From: an uncultured delta proteobacterium
GTDB taxonomy: Bacteria > Myxococcota_A > UBA9160 > UBA4427
Direction of reading: 5' to 3'
Length of the DNA: 64,000 nucleotides
NCBI GenBank assembly: GCA_963822965.1
Contig: CAWGJT010000014.1
Coordinates: forward strand, 96,001-160,000
The notes under the pieces are model-generated. The model searched no databases. It was not told the origin of the DNA and saw only the letters and a list, made by a program, of their open reading frames with translations. Of this stretch, positions 18,269 to 28,320 are shown piece after piece. Both the position numbers and the translations under genes were made by a program. Every line of letters starts with the position of its first letter. Position 1 is the stretch's first letter.

Positions 18269-18733
18269 TTGCAGACCTTCGTGGAGAGCATCGAGATCGA
18301 CGCCCAGCGGGAACGGGTGTGGCGCGCGCTCTGCGTTCCCGCGGAGGTCGTCTGCTGGGACACGGGAATCGTCGAGCCGCTCGACGCGCCGCCCGACTAT
18401 CCTCGCCCCGGGCAGTACGTCCGGTGGCGCTACCGCCTCGGCCCGCTGCCGCTCATCCTTCACGATCGCCCGACCGAGGTGGAGCCCGCCTCGATCCTGC
18501 GTTCCTCCATCCGCCTGGGCCCCTTCGACTTCGACGAGACCTACACGCTCCGTGACCAGGGGACCGGAGCCACGCGCCTGACGGCCGAGCTGTCGGTGAC
18601 GAGTGCGGTTCCCGGCTTCGGCCGCCTGTTGGAGCGGGTCGTGGGCCGCCCCCTCGCGCGCTCCACGGTGCGCGCCTCGCTGGCGGCCATCAAGCATCAC
18701 TGCGAGCGAGGTCCTTCGGATCGGGGCAGCTGA
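18269..18733 (+). CDS. SRPBCC (polyketide cyclase/START-like) protein
   Basis: SIEIDA..ERVWRAL pattern, C-terminal helix; start uncertain. Confidence 0.7.
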   Translation: MQTFVESIEIDAQRERVWRALCVPAEVVCWDTGIVEPLDAPPDYPRPGQYVRWRYRLGPLPLILHDRPTEVEPASILRSSIRLGPFDFDETYTLRDQGTGATRLTAELSVTSAVPGFGRLLERVVGRPLARSTVRASLAAIKHHCERGPSDRGS

Positions 18734-18826
18734 CCCGGACGAGAGCCTTCCTTGCAGCGGGACGCCGGGCTCGTTCCGATCCAGGTGGGGTAGCCTGCTG
18801 GCCGGCCCGGCGCACCGGAGGAGAGG

Positions 18827-19420
18827 ATGCACATGGTCGGCCTGCGGCGGCCTTCCGCCGCCGAGATCGAGGTGCTGCTGGGCTCGGGCGCTTCTCGACT
18901 CAGCTATCCGGAGGTGGGGGCCAGCGCGGAGATCGATTCGGTCTCGGCGCGAGCGGCCCTGGCCCCCCGATACGACGTCGACCTGCACGAGCTCGTCCTC
19001 GGCAAGGGGCGCGGGCGCTTCCAGCGCGCCCGATCGGCCCTCCTCGCCTGGCGGCAGTTCGAGATCCCCTGGCTCGAGCTCCACGGTGCGGGCCCCGTCG
19101 AGCCGGGACGCAACGTGGCCACCCTCGTCTCCCTGGCGGGGCTCTGGTTCCTGAGCCCGTGCCAGGTCGTCTACGCGGAGATCCACGAGAACGAGAATTC
19201 GGTCGCGTATGCCTACGGCACCCTGGACGGTCACCCCGAATCCGGAGAAGAACGCTTCGCGGTGTCGATCGACCCGACGACCGACGAGGTCCGCTACCAG
19301 GTGTCGGCCTTCTCCCGGCCCGCGAGGTTCTTCTCGCGGCTCGGCTACCCCTTCGTGCGCCGGCTTCAGAAGAGGTTCGCGGTCGCGTCGGCACGGGCTC
19401 TCGAGAGGGCCTCCACCTGA
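18827..19420 (+). CDS. DUF1990 family protein
   Basis: LSYPEVGA, AYGTLDGHPESGEERF, AFSRPA. Confidence 0.88.
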   Translation: MHMVGLRRPSAAEIEVLLGSGASRLSYPEVGASAEIDSVSARAALAPRYDVDLHELVLGKGRGRFQRARSALLAWRQFEIPWLELHGAGPVEPGRNVATLVSLAGLWFLSPCQVVYAEIHENENSVAYAYGTLDGHPESGEERFAVSIDPTTDEVRYQVSAFSRPARFFSRLGYPFVRRLQKRFAVASARALERAST

Positions 19421-19530
19421 GCTCGGTGTCGCGGGGACGGAGCTCCGACGCGCCGGATCGTGGTAGCATGAGGCCCGCCGATCGCACCCGTCGGAGCGCC
19501 AGCGTGGCCGAGCCCGGGAAATCCACCAAG

Positions 19531-19785
19531 ATGCGTCGGAGAGCCGGGCTCCAGCGGATCGCCGGCCTTCTGGACGAGCTTCGCGCCCTCGGCGAGCTGC
19601 GAGAGGTGCGGCCCGGCACCTTCATGCACGGGTCCTGTCCCCTTCTACACTTCCACTACCCTCCCGACGGCCGGATCGTCGCCGATGTCCGGCTCTCGGA
19701 TGGCAGCGTCCGCCGCTTCGACGTGTCCGACGAAGGGGGACGGCAGGAGGTCCTCTCGGTGATCGAGGGCTGTCTGGAGCGGTAG
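19531..19785 (+). CDS. Small hypothetical protein
   Basis: Protein-like sequence LREVRPGTF...LLHFH...ADVRL with typical codon usage. Confidence 0.5.
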   Translation: MRRRAGLQRIAGLLDELRALGELREVRPGTFMHGSCPLLHFHYPPDGRIVADVRLSDGSVRRFDVSDEGGRQEVLSVIEGCLER

Positions 19786-20153
19786 TCGGAGGACGCCGTG
19801 CGGGCCACGGAGTCGATCTCCCAGATCACCCATGCGCTGAACGATGCGAGCCGGTTCTCCCCCAACCACCCGAACTGTGGAACGACGTGCGTCGTCACGC
19901 TGTATCTGGGCGAGAAGGAGCTTCCGGCCATGGCTGATTGGCACTGCCTCCGGCCCGAGAACGAGGCCCTGATTGTTTTCTACTCGAACGTGACCTGGGG
20001 TCTCCATCTCGCTACCTACCGTTCCAGGGGTCTGGGCAGGGCCATCGACCGTGCCGTCATGAAGCCGACATCGGCGGCAGAGCGTCGAGCTGTGAGCATG
20101 CCGGGATCGTCGGCCGTCGAGGCGGAGGAGAGAAGAAAGAAAGGAGAGCATGG

Positions 20154-21035
20154 ATGACGAAGGTGGACGTCAACGGCACGCGGCTCGAGGTGGTCGAGAG
20201 CGGAAGCGGCGAGCCCGTCGTCTTCGTGCACGGCTCGGCCAGTGACTATCGCACCTGGCAGCACCAGCTCGACGAGCTCGGTCGCAAGTACCGCGCCATC
20301 GCCTACAGCCGCCGCTACCACTGGCCCAACGACCGGATCCCGGACGGCGCCGACTACTCGATGACGGAGCACGTCGACGACCTGCAGGCGCTGCTGGGCG
20401 TGCTCGACGTCGGCCCGGTCCACCTGGTGGGCCATTCGTACGGTGCCTTCGCGTCCCTGCTGCTCGCGATCCGGGAGCCGGGCCGCGTGCGGACGCTCGC
20501 GCTGACCGAGCCGCCCGCCGTGACGCTGTTCGTGAGCAACCAGCCGAAGCCGGCGGAGCTGCTGCGCTTGCTCTTTACGCGGCCGCGCACGGCGCTCGCG
20601 ATCGCGCGCTTCGGCGCGACGGGGATCGGGCCCGCCACCGCGGCGGCGCGGCGCGGCGACCTGGACGAGGCCACGCGCATCTTTGGAACCGCGGTTCTCG
20701 GGCGGTCGTTCTTCCGGAGCCTGTCGCTCGCGCGCCGCGAGCAGGTCGCCGCCAACTCGTTCGCCGCGGAGTTCCTCGGGTCGGGCTTCGCGCCCCTGAA
20801 GGACGAGGACGTGCGCGGCGTGCAGGTGCCCACCCTGCTGGTGGCAGGACAACGCAGCCCGGCGATCTTCCACCGGGTGCTGGATCGGCTGGAGGAGCTG
20901 ATGCCCCGGAACGAGCGGATCGAGATCGCCGCCGCGTCGCACATCGTGCACGAGGACCAGGCCGAGGCCTACGACGCGGCGCTCCGGCACTTCCTGTCGG
21001 CGCACGCAGCGCGCGTCGAGGAGCGGACGACCTGA
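20154..21035 (+). CDS. Alpha/beta hydrolase
   Basis: VFVHG, GHSYG nucleophile elbow, C-terminal His; AAGGAG RBS. Confidence 0.9.
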   Translation: MTKVDVNGTRLEVVESGSGEPVVFVHGSASDYRTWQHQLDELGRKYRAIAYSRRYHWPNDRIPDGADYSMTEHVDDLQALLGVLDVGPVHLVGHSYGAFASLLLAIREPGRVRTLALTEPPAVTLFVSNQPKPAELLRLLFTRPRTALAIARFGATGIGPATAAARRGDLDEATRIFGTAVLGRSFFRSLSLARREQVAANSFAAEFLGSGFAPLKDEDVRGVQVPTLLVAGQRSPAIFHRVLDRLEELMPRNERIEIAAASHIVHEDQAEAYDAALRHFLSAHAARVEERTT

Positions 21036-21053
21036 GCCGGCCGCAGTGCGCCT

Positions 21054-21785
21054 TCAGCGCCCGGCCTCGCCGCAGACCATCCAGGAGTTCGGGTCGTCGA
21101 GCACCGGTCGGCCCTGCTCGTCGACCATCTTCGCCCGGGGGTCGCAGTAGCGGACGTAGAACGCGGGGCGGGGACGACCGGAGCGGTTGGGCCCGGAAGC
21201 GTGCAGGGTGAGGCCCGTGAAGGCGACGCCCTCCCCGGCGGCCAGGTGCAGGGCTACGCCGTGGCCCGCGTGCGCGGCCTCCCGGAGCACGGGGTTCACG
21301 CCGGCGGCGTCGTGCTCGAGCAGCCCGGCCTCGTGGGATCCCGGGATCACGTACAGGCAGCCGTTCTCCTCGTTGGTGTCCACCAGGGGCACCCAGACGG
21401 TGACGTCGGTCATGGGCTCGAGCCGGCCGTAGCCGTTGTCCTGGTGCCACGGGATGTCGCTGCGCTCGTCGCCCGAGTCCGCGAGCTTGGTGACGAACTG
21501 CTGGTGGGTGAGGCACAGGTCGGAGCCCGCGAGCTGCTGCAGCAACGGGATGTGGGGACCCTGAACGCAGAAGCGGCGGATCGGCTCCGAGCGATGGCAC
21601 AGCTGGATGTTGACCCGCAGGTTCTGGTTGTGGGCGGCGCCGTAGCCGACGGGAAGCCGGAAGCGCTCTTCCTCGGCTCGTAGGCGCTCGATCTCGTCGG
21701 GCTCGAGGAGCGGGCCCAGCACCACGTAGCCCTGCTCGCGGTACCGGTCGACCTCGTCGTCGGAGAGCGCGCTGCGAAACGCCAT
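21054..21785 (-). CDS. Phytanoyl-CoA dioxygenase (PhyH) family Fe(II)/2OG enzyme
   Basis: WHQD, NGCL..IPGSH, LHASGPNRS. Confidence 0.92.
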   Translation of the reverse strand: MAFRSALSDDEVDRYREQGYVVLGPLLEPDEIERLRAEEERFRLPVGYGAAHNQNLRVNIQLCHRSEPIRRFCVQGPHIPLLQQLAGSDLCLTHQQFVTKLADSGDERSDIPWHQDNGYGRLEPMTDVTVWVPLVDTNEENGCLYVIPGSHEAGLLEHDAAGVNPVLREAAHAGHGVALHLAAGEGVAFTGLTLHASGPNRSGRPRPAFYVRYCDPRAKMVDEQGRPVLDDPNSWMVCGEAGR

Positions 21786-21870
21786 CGCCACCTCACGCGG
21801 GAGGGTACGCGGAAGCGTCGGCGATCGCGAAGCCCGGCCACCCGTGGGCCGGCGGACTCCGTCTCGGCGT

Positions 21871-22605
21871 TCAGCGTCGTCGTGCGACGACGAGCCCGAA
21901 GAGCCCCAGGCCGATGAGCAGCCCCGTGGTGGGCTCCGGCACGGGGAACACCGCGAAGTTGCTCGTGAACGAGGCCGAGTCGCCCGGCGTGAGCGTGAAG
22001 TCGAGCTGGATCCCGATGCTCGTGGTCACGGCGGGGCCGGGGAAGCTCGGCGGTGCGGGCAGGCCGAAGTCTACGTAGGCCAGGTTGCCGCTGCCGAGGG
22101 CGGGAGCCGTGGCGGACGACGGATCGCCGTAGAGGGTCTTGAACGAGGCGCCGTCGATCAGGGCCGTGTAAAAGGCGCCTCCGGCGACCGTCGAGACGGT
22201 GGCGCCGTCGAGGTCGTTGGACGTCACGCCGCCCTGGATGGAGCCGCTCGTCAGGCTCGTCGGGCCGATCGGCGCGACCGGCAGGGTGAAGATCAGGGTG
22301 TAGTGCTGATCGACGGCGGCGGCATTGGTGACCGCCACGGTCCCGGTGACCACCGGATCGTTGTCGAAGGACAGGCTCCAGGAATCCAGCGTCAGGTCGC
22401 CGACGTCCTGGCTGCCGCCGTTGCAGGTCGAGGTGTTTCCGCTGTCGGTGCAGCCCAGCCAGGTGGTCGACTGGCTGTAGTCGCCCATCAGGCTGCCGTT
22501 CTCGTAGACCTGGAGCTCGAAGGGAATGTGATTGGCGGCGGCGGGATTCGCGAGGAGCAGGGCGGACAGCGGCAGCAACAGCCGGAGAATCGAGGTGGAG
22601 CGCAA
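21871..22605 (-). CDS. PEP-CTERM sorting-domain surface protein
   Basis: Signal peptide; C-terminal VPEPTT, TM helix, RRR. Confidence 0.9.
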   Translation of the reverse strand: MRSTSILRLLLPLSALLLANPAAANHIPFELQVYENGSLMGDYSQSTTWLGCTDSGNTSTCNGGSQDVGDLTLDSWSLSFDNDPVVTGTVAVTNAAAVDQHYTLIFTLPVAPIGPTSLTSGSIQGGVTSNDLDGATVSTVAGGAFYTALIDGASFKTLYGDPSSATAPALGSGNLAYVDFGLPAPPSFPGPAVTTSIGIQLDFTLTPGDSASFTSNFAVFPVPEPTTGLLIGLGLFGLVVARRR

Positions 22606-22641
22606 GACGGGTAACCTCCCAGAGATAGCGCCGATTATAAA

Positions 22642-22685
22642 TGCAAGATCGGGGCCCTTCTATCGCTTTCTGCAATCCATTGATT
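22642..22685 (-). promoter_or_regulatory. Putative sigma-54 promoter plus IHF site for the PEP-CTERM gene
   Basis: Minus strand GG-CCCCGATCTT-GCA (GG-N10-GC) at 22642-22657; AATCAATGGATTG at 22673-22685 fits WATCAANNNNTTR. Confidence 0.6.
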
Positions 22686-22848
22686 CTCATGGACTTTCGA
22701 GAAGGTGTCCCGGCGGGGAACGGAACGGTCTTTCCCCTAGGACGGAACGTCGATTCCTCCGGTGGTCCGCCTCTGGCGCTCCCGGGGTGTGGCTGCCCCG
22801 CATGCTAGCTTCGCGTGCGACCCCGCCCGCCTGCTCGGGAGAGCCCAC

Positions 22849-24039
22849 GTGAACGGAGACTTCGCGCCCGACCTTCCCGAGTTCTACCTGGGGGACCCGC
22901 ACGCGGCGTTCCGCCGGCTGCGCCGTGAGGACCCCGTCCACTGGTACGAGGGCTCGGGGGGCGTGTGGTGCCTTCTCAAGCACGCCGACATCGAGACGGT
23001 CTCCCGCAATCCCCGGCACTTCACCTCCACCCGGGGAATCCAGATCGGTCTGAAGGTCGAAGCCATGCGACCCGGCGGCGTGCCGCCCACGATCCTGGAG
23101 ATGGATCCGCCCGAGCACAACCGCCACCGCAAGCTCGTGATCCGCGCCTTTACGCCGGGGGCCACCGCGAAGCTCGAGCCGAGGGTGCGGCAGGTGGCCC
23201 GGGACGCCGTCGCGCGCTTCGAGCCCGGCGGCCAGGTGGACCTGGTGGACGCGCTCGCGGTCCCGGTCCCCATGTACGTGATCGCCGACATGCTGGGCGT
23301 GCCGCGCGAGGACCGGGACAGCTTCAAACGCTGGTCCGACGCCATGATCGAGGCGGGCGGCGGAAAGCGCAGCCCGGCCACCGACGCCGCCCTCGGCGAA
23401 ATGCTCGGGTACCTGCAGGGGGTGCTCGACGAGCGCCGCCGCTCGCCGCGGGACGATCTCATCTCCACCCTGGCGACCGCCGAGGTGGACGGCGAGCGGC
23501 TCTCCGACCCGGAGATCCTGATGTTCGGGGTGACGCTCCTGTCCGCCGGCAACGAGACCACGCGCAACCTCGTCTCCGGCGGCGCGCTGCTGCTGATGCG
23601 ACACCCGGACGAGCGCGAGAAGCTGCTGGCCGACCCGGGGCTCCTGCCCGGGGCGGTGGAGGAGATGCTGCGCTGGTGGACGCCGGTGCACAGCTTCATC
23701 CGCACGGCCACCGAGGACACCGAGCTGCGGGGACGGCGCATTCTGGCGGGGCAGACGTTGCAGCTGCTGTACGGCTCTGCGAATCGCGACGAAGAGGTGT
23801 GGGGCCAGGACTCCGAACGCTTCGATGTGGGGCGCGACCACACGAGCCGCCGGCACCTGGCCTTCGGCTTCGGCGAGCATCTGTGCCTGGGAGCGCCGCT
23901 CGCCCGTCTCGAGGCGCGGGTGGTCTTCGAGGAGCTGCTGGCGCGGTATCCGCGCTTCGAGCCCGCCGGCGAGCCTGAAATGCTCCACTCCCGGCTGATG
24001 CACGGGGTCGAGCGGCTGCCGGTCGTGCTCTCCGCGTGA
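22849..24039 (+). CDS. Cytochrome P450
   Basis: AGNETT I-helix, EMLR, heme motif FGFGEHLCLG. Confidence 0.96.
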   Translation: MNGDFAPDLPEFYLGDPHAAFRRLRREDPVHWYEGSGGVWCLLKHADIETVSRNPRHFTSTRGIQIGLKVEAMRPGGVPPTILEMDPPEHNRHRKLVIRAFTPGATAKLEPRVRQVARDAVARFEPGGQVDLVDALAVPVPMYVIADMLGVPREDRDSFKRWSDAMIEAGGGKRSPATDAALGEMLGYLQGVLDERRRSPRDDLISTLATAEVDGERLSDPEILMFGVTLLSAGNETTRNLVSGGALLLMRHPDEREKLLADPGLLPGAVEEMLRWWTPVHSFIRTATEDTELRGRRILAGQTLQLLYGSANRDEEVWGQDSERFDVGRDHTSRRHLAFGFGEHLCLGAPLARLEARVVFEELLARYPRFEPAGEPEMLHSRLMHGVERLPVVLSA

Positions 24040-25316
24040 GCGAAGCGAGCTACCGGGAGCAGGTCCGCGCGCTCTCGGACCGCATCGTCGCCGCCCAGCG
24101 CGGCATCCGCATCCTCGACGCCGTCAAGTGGGGCGACGACGTGCGGGCGGCCTTCTTCGCCGCCGGCTGCCGGGAGCTGCCACGGGTCGGCGCCGGCTAC
24201 TACGCCCCCCTCGGACTCGACCTCGGCGAGGCGCGCGAGACCTTCCGGGGCATCGAGCGGGACGTCGCGGCCCGGCTCGGCCCCGTGAACCCGGCGGGCA
24301 AGCTCATGATCCGCATGTGCGACCAGTACCTCGAGGTGCTCGACCTGCTGGAGGCCCGGGGCACACCGGAGTTCGGTCGCATCTCGCGCCATCTGTACGG
24401 CAGCCCCTCGGACGCCTTCCACGCCGGTGGCCCCTCGCTGGCCGATCTCGCGACCTCCCTCGACGAAGCGCTGCGCGGCATCGACGAGAGCTCGTTCCTC
24501 GAGCAGGCCCCCCAGGACATCCCCACGCCCCGCGCGGTGGAGCTGCTGCAGGCCCGCCTGGAGCGGGTCTTCAGCGATCCCGCCTCTCCCGTCCACGTGC
24601 GCGAGAGCGACGGCATCGTGGCGGACGCCGCCGCCGGCTCGGACTACATCAAGCTGCGCAAGGATGCCCTCTTCAGCGAGCGCGACCTCCGGGTGCTCGA
24701 GGTGCACGAAGGTTGGGTGCACGTGGGCACCACCCTGAACGGGCTGCGCCAGCCCTGCTGCACGTTCCTCTCGAAGGGGACGCCCGCGACGACCATCACC
24801 CAGGAGGGTCTCGCCCTGCTGGTGGAGATCCTGTCGGGCGCCTCGCACCCGGCGCGCCTGCGTCGCGTGACCGACCGGGTGCATGCCATCGTGCTGGCCG
24901 AGTCCGGCGCCGACTTCCTGGAGGTGTTCGAGGCGATCCGCGAGCGCGGCCGCTCGCCCGAGGAGGCCTGGGTGACCTGCGTGCGAGTGTTCCGCGGCAG
25001 CACGCCGGAAGGCGCGCCCTTCACCAAGGACCTCGCCTACCACAAGGGCTTCGTACAGGTGTACAGCTTCCTGCAGCTCGCCGTGCGGCGCGGCCGGGTC
25101 GACCGCATTCCGCTTCTCTTCTGTGGCAAGCTCACCCTCGAAGACGTGGGCATCGTGGCCGAGCTCGTGGACCAGCAGCTGATCGAGCCGCCCCGCTACC
25201 TGCCGCCGCCGCTGGCGGACCTGAACGGGCTGGCGGCCTGGCTCGCCTTCGGCAGCTTCCTGAACCGGCTGGACCTCGACCAGCTCGAGGCGGACTACGC
25301 GCGCCTGCTGGCGTGA
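24036..25316 (+). CDS. QEGLA-motif / DUF1704 (MATCAP-like) metallopeptidase
   Basis: HEGWVH and QEGLA motifs, FTKDLAY. Confidence 0.85.
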   Translation: MSEASYREQVRALSDRIVAAQRGIRILDAVKWGDDVRAAFFAAGCRELPRVGAGYYAPLGLDLGEARETFRGIERDVAARLGPVNPAGKLMIRMCDQYLEVLDLLEARGTPEFGRISRHLYGSPSDAFHAGGPSLADLATSLDEALRGIDESSFLEQAPQDIPTPRAVELLQARLERVFSDPASPVHVRESDGIVADAAAGSDYIKLRKDALFSERDLRVLEVHEGWVHVGTTLNGLRQPCCTFLSKGTPATTITQEGLALLVEILSGASHPARLRRVTDRVHAIVLAESGADFLEVFEAIRERGRSPEEAWVTCVRVFRGSTPEGAPFTKDLAYHKGFVQVYSFLQLAVRRGRVDRIPLLFCGKLTLEDVGIVAELVDQQLIEPPRYLPPPLADLNGLAAWLAFGSFLNRLDLDQLEADYARLLA

Positions 25317-25394
25317 GGGATGTGCTGCACTCCGGCTTCGGGCCTGGCCCCGTGGCCTGCGGCACGCCCGGAAGGCGTGGGGTAGGTTGGGCGC

Positions 25395-27812
25395 GTGACC
25401 ACCGGCGACGCTTCTCTTCTGCCCTTCGCGGGCCTGCGGGTGCTCGAGCTCGCGACGGGCATCGCCGGGCCCTACGCGGGCAAGCTCCTGTGCGACGCCG
25501 GCGCCGACGTGATGAAGCTCGAGAGTCTCGGCGGCGATCCCCTGCGCGGATTCACGGCCTGCGGAGCCACCCTCGCGGCGGGCGAGGACGGGGCGCTCTT
25601 CCGATTCCTGAACGCGTCGAAGCGGAGCGCGGTGGCCGACCTCGCGAGCGACGAGGGAATCCGCTTCGCCCGGGAGCTGGCCGCTTCCTGCGACCTGGTG
25701 GTCGAGAGCTTCGGGCCCGGCGGCCTCGAGGCCCGCGGGCTGGCCCCCGAGGCCCTGACGGCCGCAAATCCCCGGCTCTCCATCGTCTCGATCTCGCCGT
25801 GGGGGCGCACCGGTCCGTGGGCCCTGCGCCCGGCCACCGAGTTCACCCACCAGGCGCGCGCGGGCTCCACCACGCGGCGCGGGCTTCCCGGCCGCACCCC
25901 CGTCGCCGCCGGCGGGCAGCTCGGTGAGTTCGCGGCGGGCACGTACGCCGCCGCCGGCGCCGTCGCGGCCTGGCTCTCGGCGCGGCGCAGCGGTGCCGGC
26001 CAGCTGGTGGACGTGTCGCTCTTCGAGGCGGTGGTGAACGTGCTGACCACCTTCTTCGCCGTGCGCGGGCGCTGGATGCCCGGGCCCATGGCGATGGCCG
26101 CCGAGGCGCCCTCCATCGAGCCCGCGAAGGACGGCTGGGTGGGCTTCTGCACCTACACGGGGCAGCAGTGGCAGGACTTCTGCGCGCTGATCGGACGGCC
26201 CGACCTGGCTCGGGACGAGCGCTTCTTCCACGCCGCCGAGCGCTTCAAGCACCGGGAGTTCCTCCAGGAGGGCATCCACGCCTGGACCCGAGATCGCACC
26301 GTGGCCGAGATCGTCGAGCTGGCGAGCCTGATGCGGATTCCGACGGCGCCGGTGCACGACGCGGACGGGGTGCTGGCCTGCGAGCACTTCGCCGCCCGGG
26401 GCGTCTTCGAGAAGAGCCCCCACGGATTCCGGCAGCCGCGGGTGCCGTACCGCCTGGGAGTCGGCGTCACGCGTCCACCCGGCCGCGCGCCGGCCCTGGG
26501 CGAGCACGACGAAGAGGTCCGGCGCGAGCTGGACTCGGCGCGACCGGCGCTCGCCGGGTCGTCCGCCGAGGGCGGCCCCGAGCTGCCCCTGGCCGGGCTC
26601 CGGGTGGTGGACCTCACCGCCTTCTGGGCCGGACCCATGGTGACCGGGTTCCTCTCCGATCTGGGCGCCGACGTCATCAAGGTGGAGTCGATCCAGCGAC
26701 CGGACGGCATCCGCTTCGTGGCCGCGAGCGGCAACCAGCCCATGTGGGAGTGGTCCGAGGTCTTCCACGGCGTGAACGCCGGCAAGCGCGGGATCACCCT
26801 GAACCTCGACGACGCTGCCGGGCGGGATCTGCTGCTGCGCCTCGTGGCCCGGGCCGACGTGGTGGTGGAGAACGCCTCGGCCCGGGTGCTCGAGAACTTC
26901 GACCTCGGGTTCGAGCGCCTGCGGGCCGACAACCCGCGGCTGCTGCTGCTCCGCATGCCCGCCTGGGGGCTGGACGGCCCCTGGCGCGACCGCACCGGCT
27001 TCGCAGCCAACGTCGAGCAGGCCAGCGGAATCGCCTGGGGAACGGGATACCCCGACGCGCCACTCGTCCCCCAGGCGTGCGATCCCATCGGCGGCATGCA
27101 CGCGGCCTTCGCGTTGCTGGCCGCGCTGGAGATCCGCCGGCGCACGGGCGAGGGACAGCAGATCGAGACGGCGCTGGTCGAGCCGGCGCTGAACGTGGCC
27201 GCGCTGCAGGTGATCGAGCGCGACGCCTACGGCGCGGGGCTGGCGCGCGACACGAACCGCGGCCCCTTCGCGGCGCCCCAGGCCATGGTCCGCTGCCGGC
27301 CGCCCCGGGACGAGCGCGACCCCGAGTGGCTGGCGGTGGCCGTGGCCGACGACGCGCAGTGGCGTGCACTGGTGGACGTGCTGGGCGCGGCAGACTGGGC
27401 GGACGATGCGGTGCTGGCCACGCCGTCCGGGCGACGGGCTGCACACGACGCCATCGACGCGCGGCTCGCGGCCTGGTGCGCCGGGCGCCAGGCGCTGGAG
27501 GCCGAGGCGGCGCTTCTGGACGCCGGCGTTCCCGCCGCGGCGGGCCTCAACGCGCACTTCGCCCTGCCGAACGCCCAGCTCGAGCACCGCGGCTTCTTCC
27601 AGCTGCTGCATCACCCGGTGACCGGCCCGACTCCCTATCCGAGCCTGCCGATGATCTTCTCGAGCTGGGGTCCGGCAAGACACACCTCGCCGCCCCCGAC
27701 CCTGGGACAGCACAACGACGAGGTGCTGGGCGGCGAGCTGGGGCTGTCCGGCGAAGAGCTCGCGAGCCTGCGCGAGCGGAAGGTGATCGGCGAGCGCCCG
27801 GCGTTCCTGTAG
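25395..27812 (+). CDS. Tandem-fused family III CoA-transferase (CaiB/BaiF)
   Basis: Two repeats of LxGLRV(L/V)(E/D)L...GADVxKxE...NxxKR. Confidence 0.92.
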   Translation: MTTGDASLLPFAGLRVLELATGIAGPYAGKLLCDAGADVMKLESLGGDPLRGFTACGATLAAGEDGALFRFLNASKRSAVADLASDEGIRFARELAASCDLVVESFGPGGLEARGLAPEALTAANPRLSIVSISPWGRTGPWALRPATEFTHQARAGSTTRRGLPGRTPVAAGGQLGEFAAGTYAAAGAVAAWLSARRSGAGQLVDVSLFEAVVNVLTTFFAVRGRWMPGPMAMAAEAPSIEPAKDGWVGFCTYTGQQWQDFCALIGRPDLARDERFFHAAERFKHREFLQEGIHAWTRDRTVAEIVELASLMRIPTAPVHDADGVLACEHFAARGVFEKSPHGFRQPRVPYRLGVGVTRPPGRAPALGEHDEEVRRELDSARPALAGSSAEGGPELPLAGLRVVDLTAFWAGPMVTGFLSDLGADVIKVESIQRPDGIRFVAASGNQPMWEWSEVFHGVNAGKRGITLNLDDAAGRDLLLRLVARADVVVENASARVLENFDLGFERLRADNPRLLLLRMPAWGLDGPWRDRTGFAANVEQASGIAWGTGYPDAPLVPQACDPIGGMHAAFALLAALEIRRRTGEGQQIETALVEPALNVAALQVIERDAYGAGLARDTNRGPFAAPQAMVRCRPPRDERDPEWLAVAVADDAQWRALVDVLGAADWADDAVLATPSGRRAAHDAIDARLAAWCAGRQALEAEAALLDAGVPAAAGLNAHFALPNAQLEHRGFFQLLHHPVTGPTPYPSLPMIFSSWGPARHTSPPPTLGQHNDEVLGGELGLSGEELASLRERKVIGERPAFL

Positions 27813-27912
27813 CGGCATCGGCGCGCGCGCCGTGCAACGTTGCGCGGCGGTCGTGTGAGCGACGGGCGGAGCCTCCAGGGGTGATACGCGTGCGGGCGGT
27901 TATCCTCGCGAC

Positions 27913-28317
27913 ATGCCCCTTCGCCACGAGCTTCGCGACGGTGTCCTGTGGTTCGTCACCGAGGGCGACGTCGACTACGAGGCCGGGCTCGGCGTGCTCG
28001 AGCAGGGCATCGAAGAGGCGCATCGCGCCGCCGCGGACCGCCGCTGGGACGTGGTCTTCGACATCCGGGAGTCGGCGGAGAATCGCAGCAAGCACGAGCT
28101 CGTGGGCGTGGCCGCCTTCGTCGCGGGTCACCGCGACGTGCTGTCGGGTCGCTGCGCGGTGGTCGCCAGCGACCCCTTCCACTTCGCCCTGGCGCGCATG
28201 TTCAGCGCGCACGCGGAGAGCCGGGGCGTCGAGGCGCTGGTGACCCGCGACGTCCGGGCCGCCCTCGACTGGCTCGCGACCCGGGCCGCCACGAACGAGC
28301 GCGCCGGCGATCCGTGA
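27913..28317 (+). CDS. Hypothetical protein (SpoIIAA/STAS-like)
   Basis: GDVD, VVFDIR, AVVAS...A.DWL pattern. Confidence 0.55.
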   Translation: MPLRHELRDGVLWFVTEGDVDYEAGLGVLEQGIEEAHRAAADRRWDVVFDIRESAENRSKHELVGVAAFVAGHRDVLSGRCAVVASDPFHFALARMFSAHAESRGVEALVTRDVRAALDWLATRAATNERAGDP

Positions 28318-28320
28318 GCC

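Noticed and set aside
22884..27818. 1644-aa minus-strand ORF and similar long antisense ORFs (e.g. 35915-39259, 47270-50335)
   Set aside because: Shadow frames of real genes in high-GC DNA; low-complexity translations without motifs.
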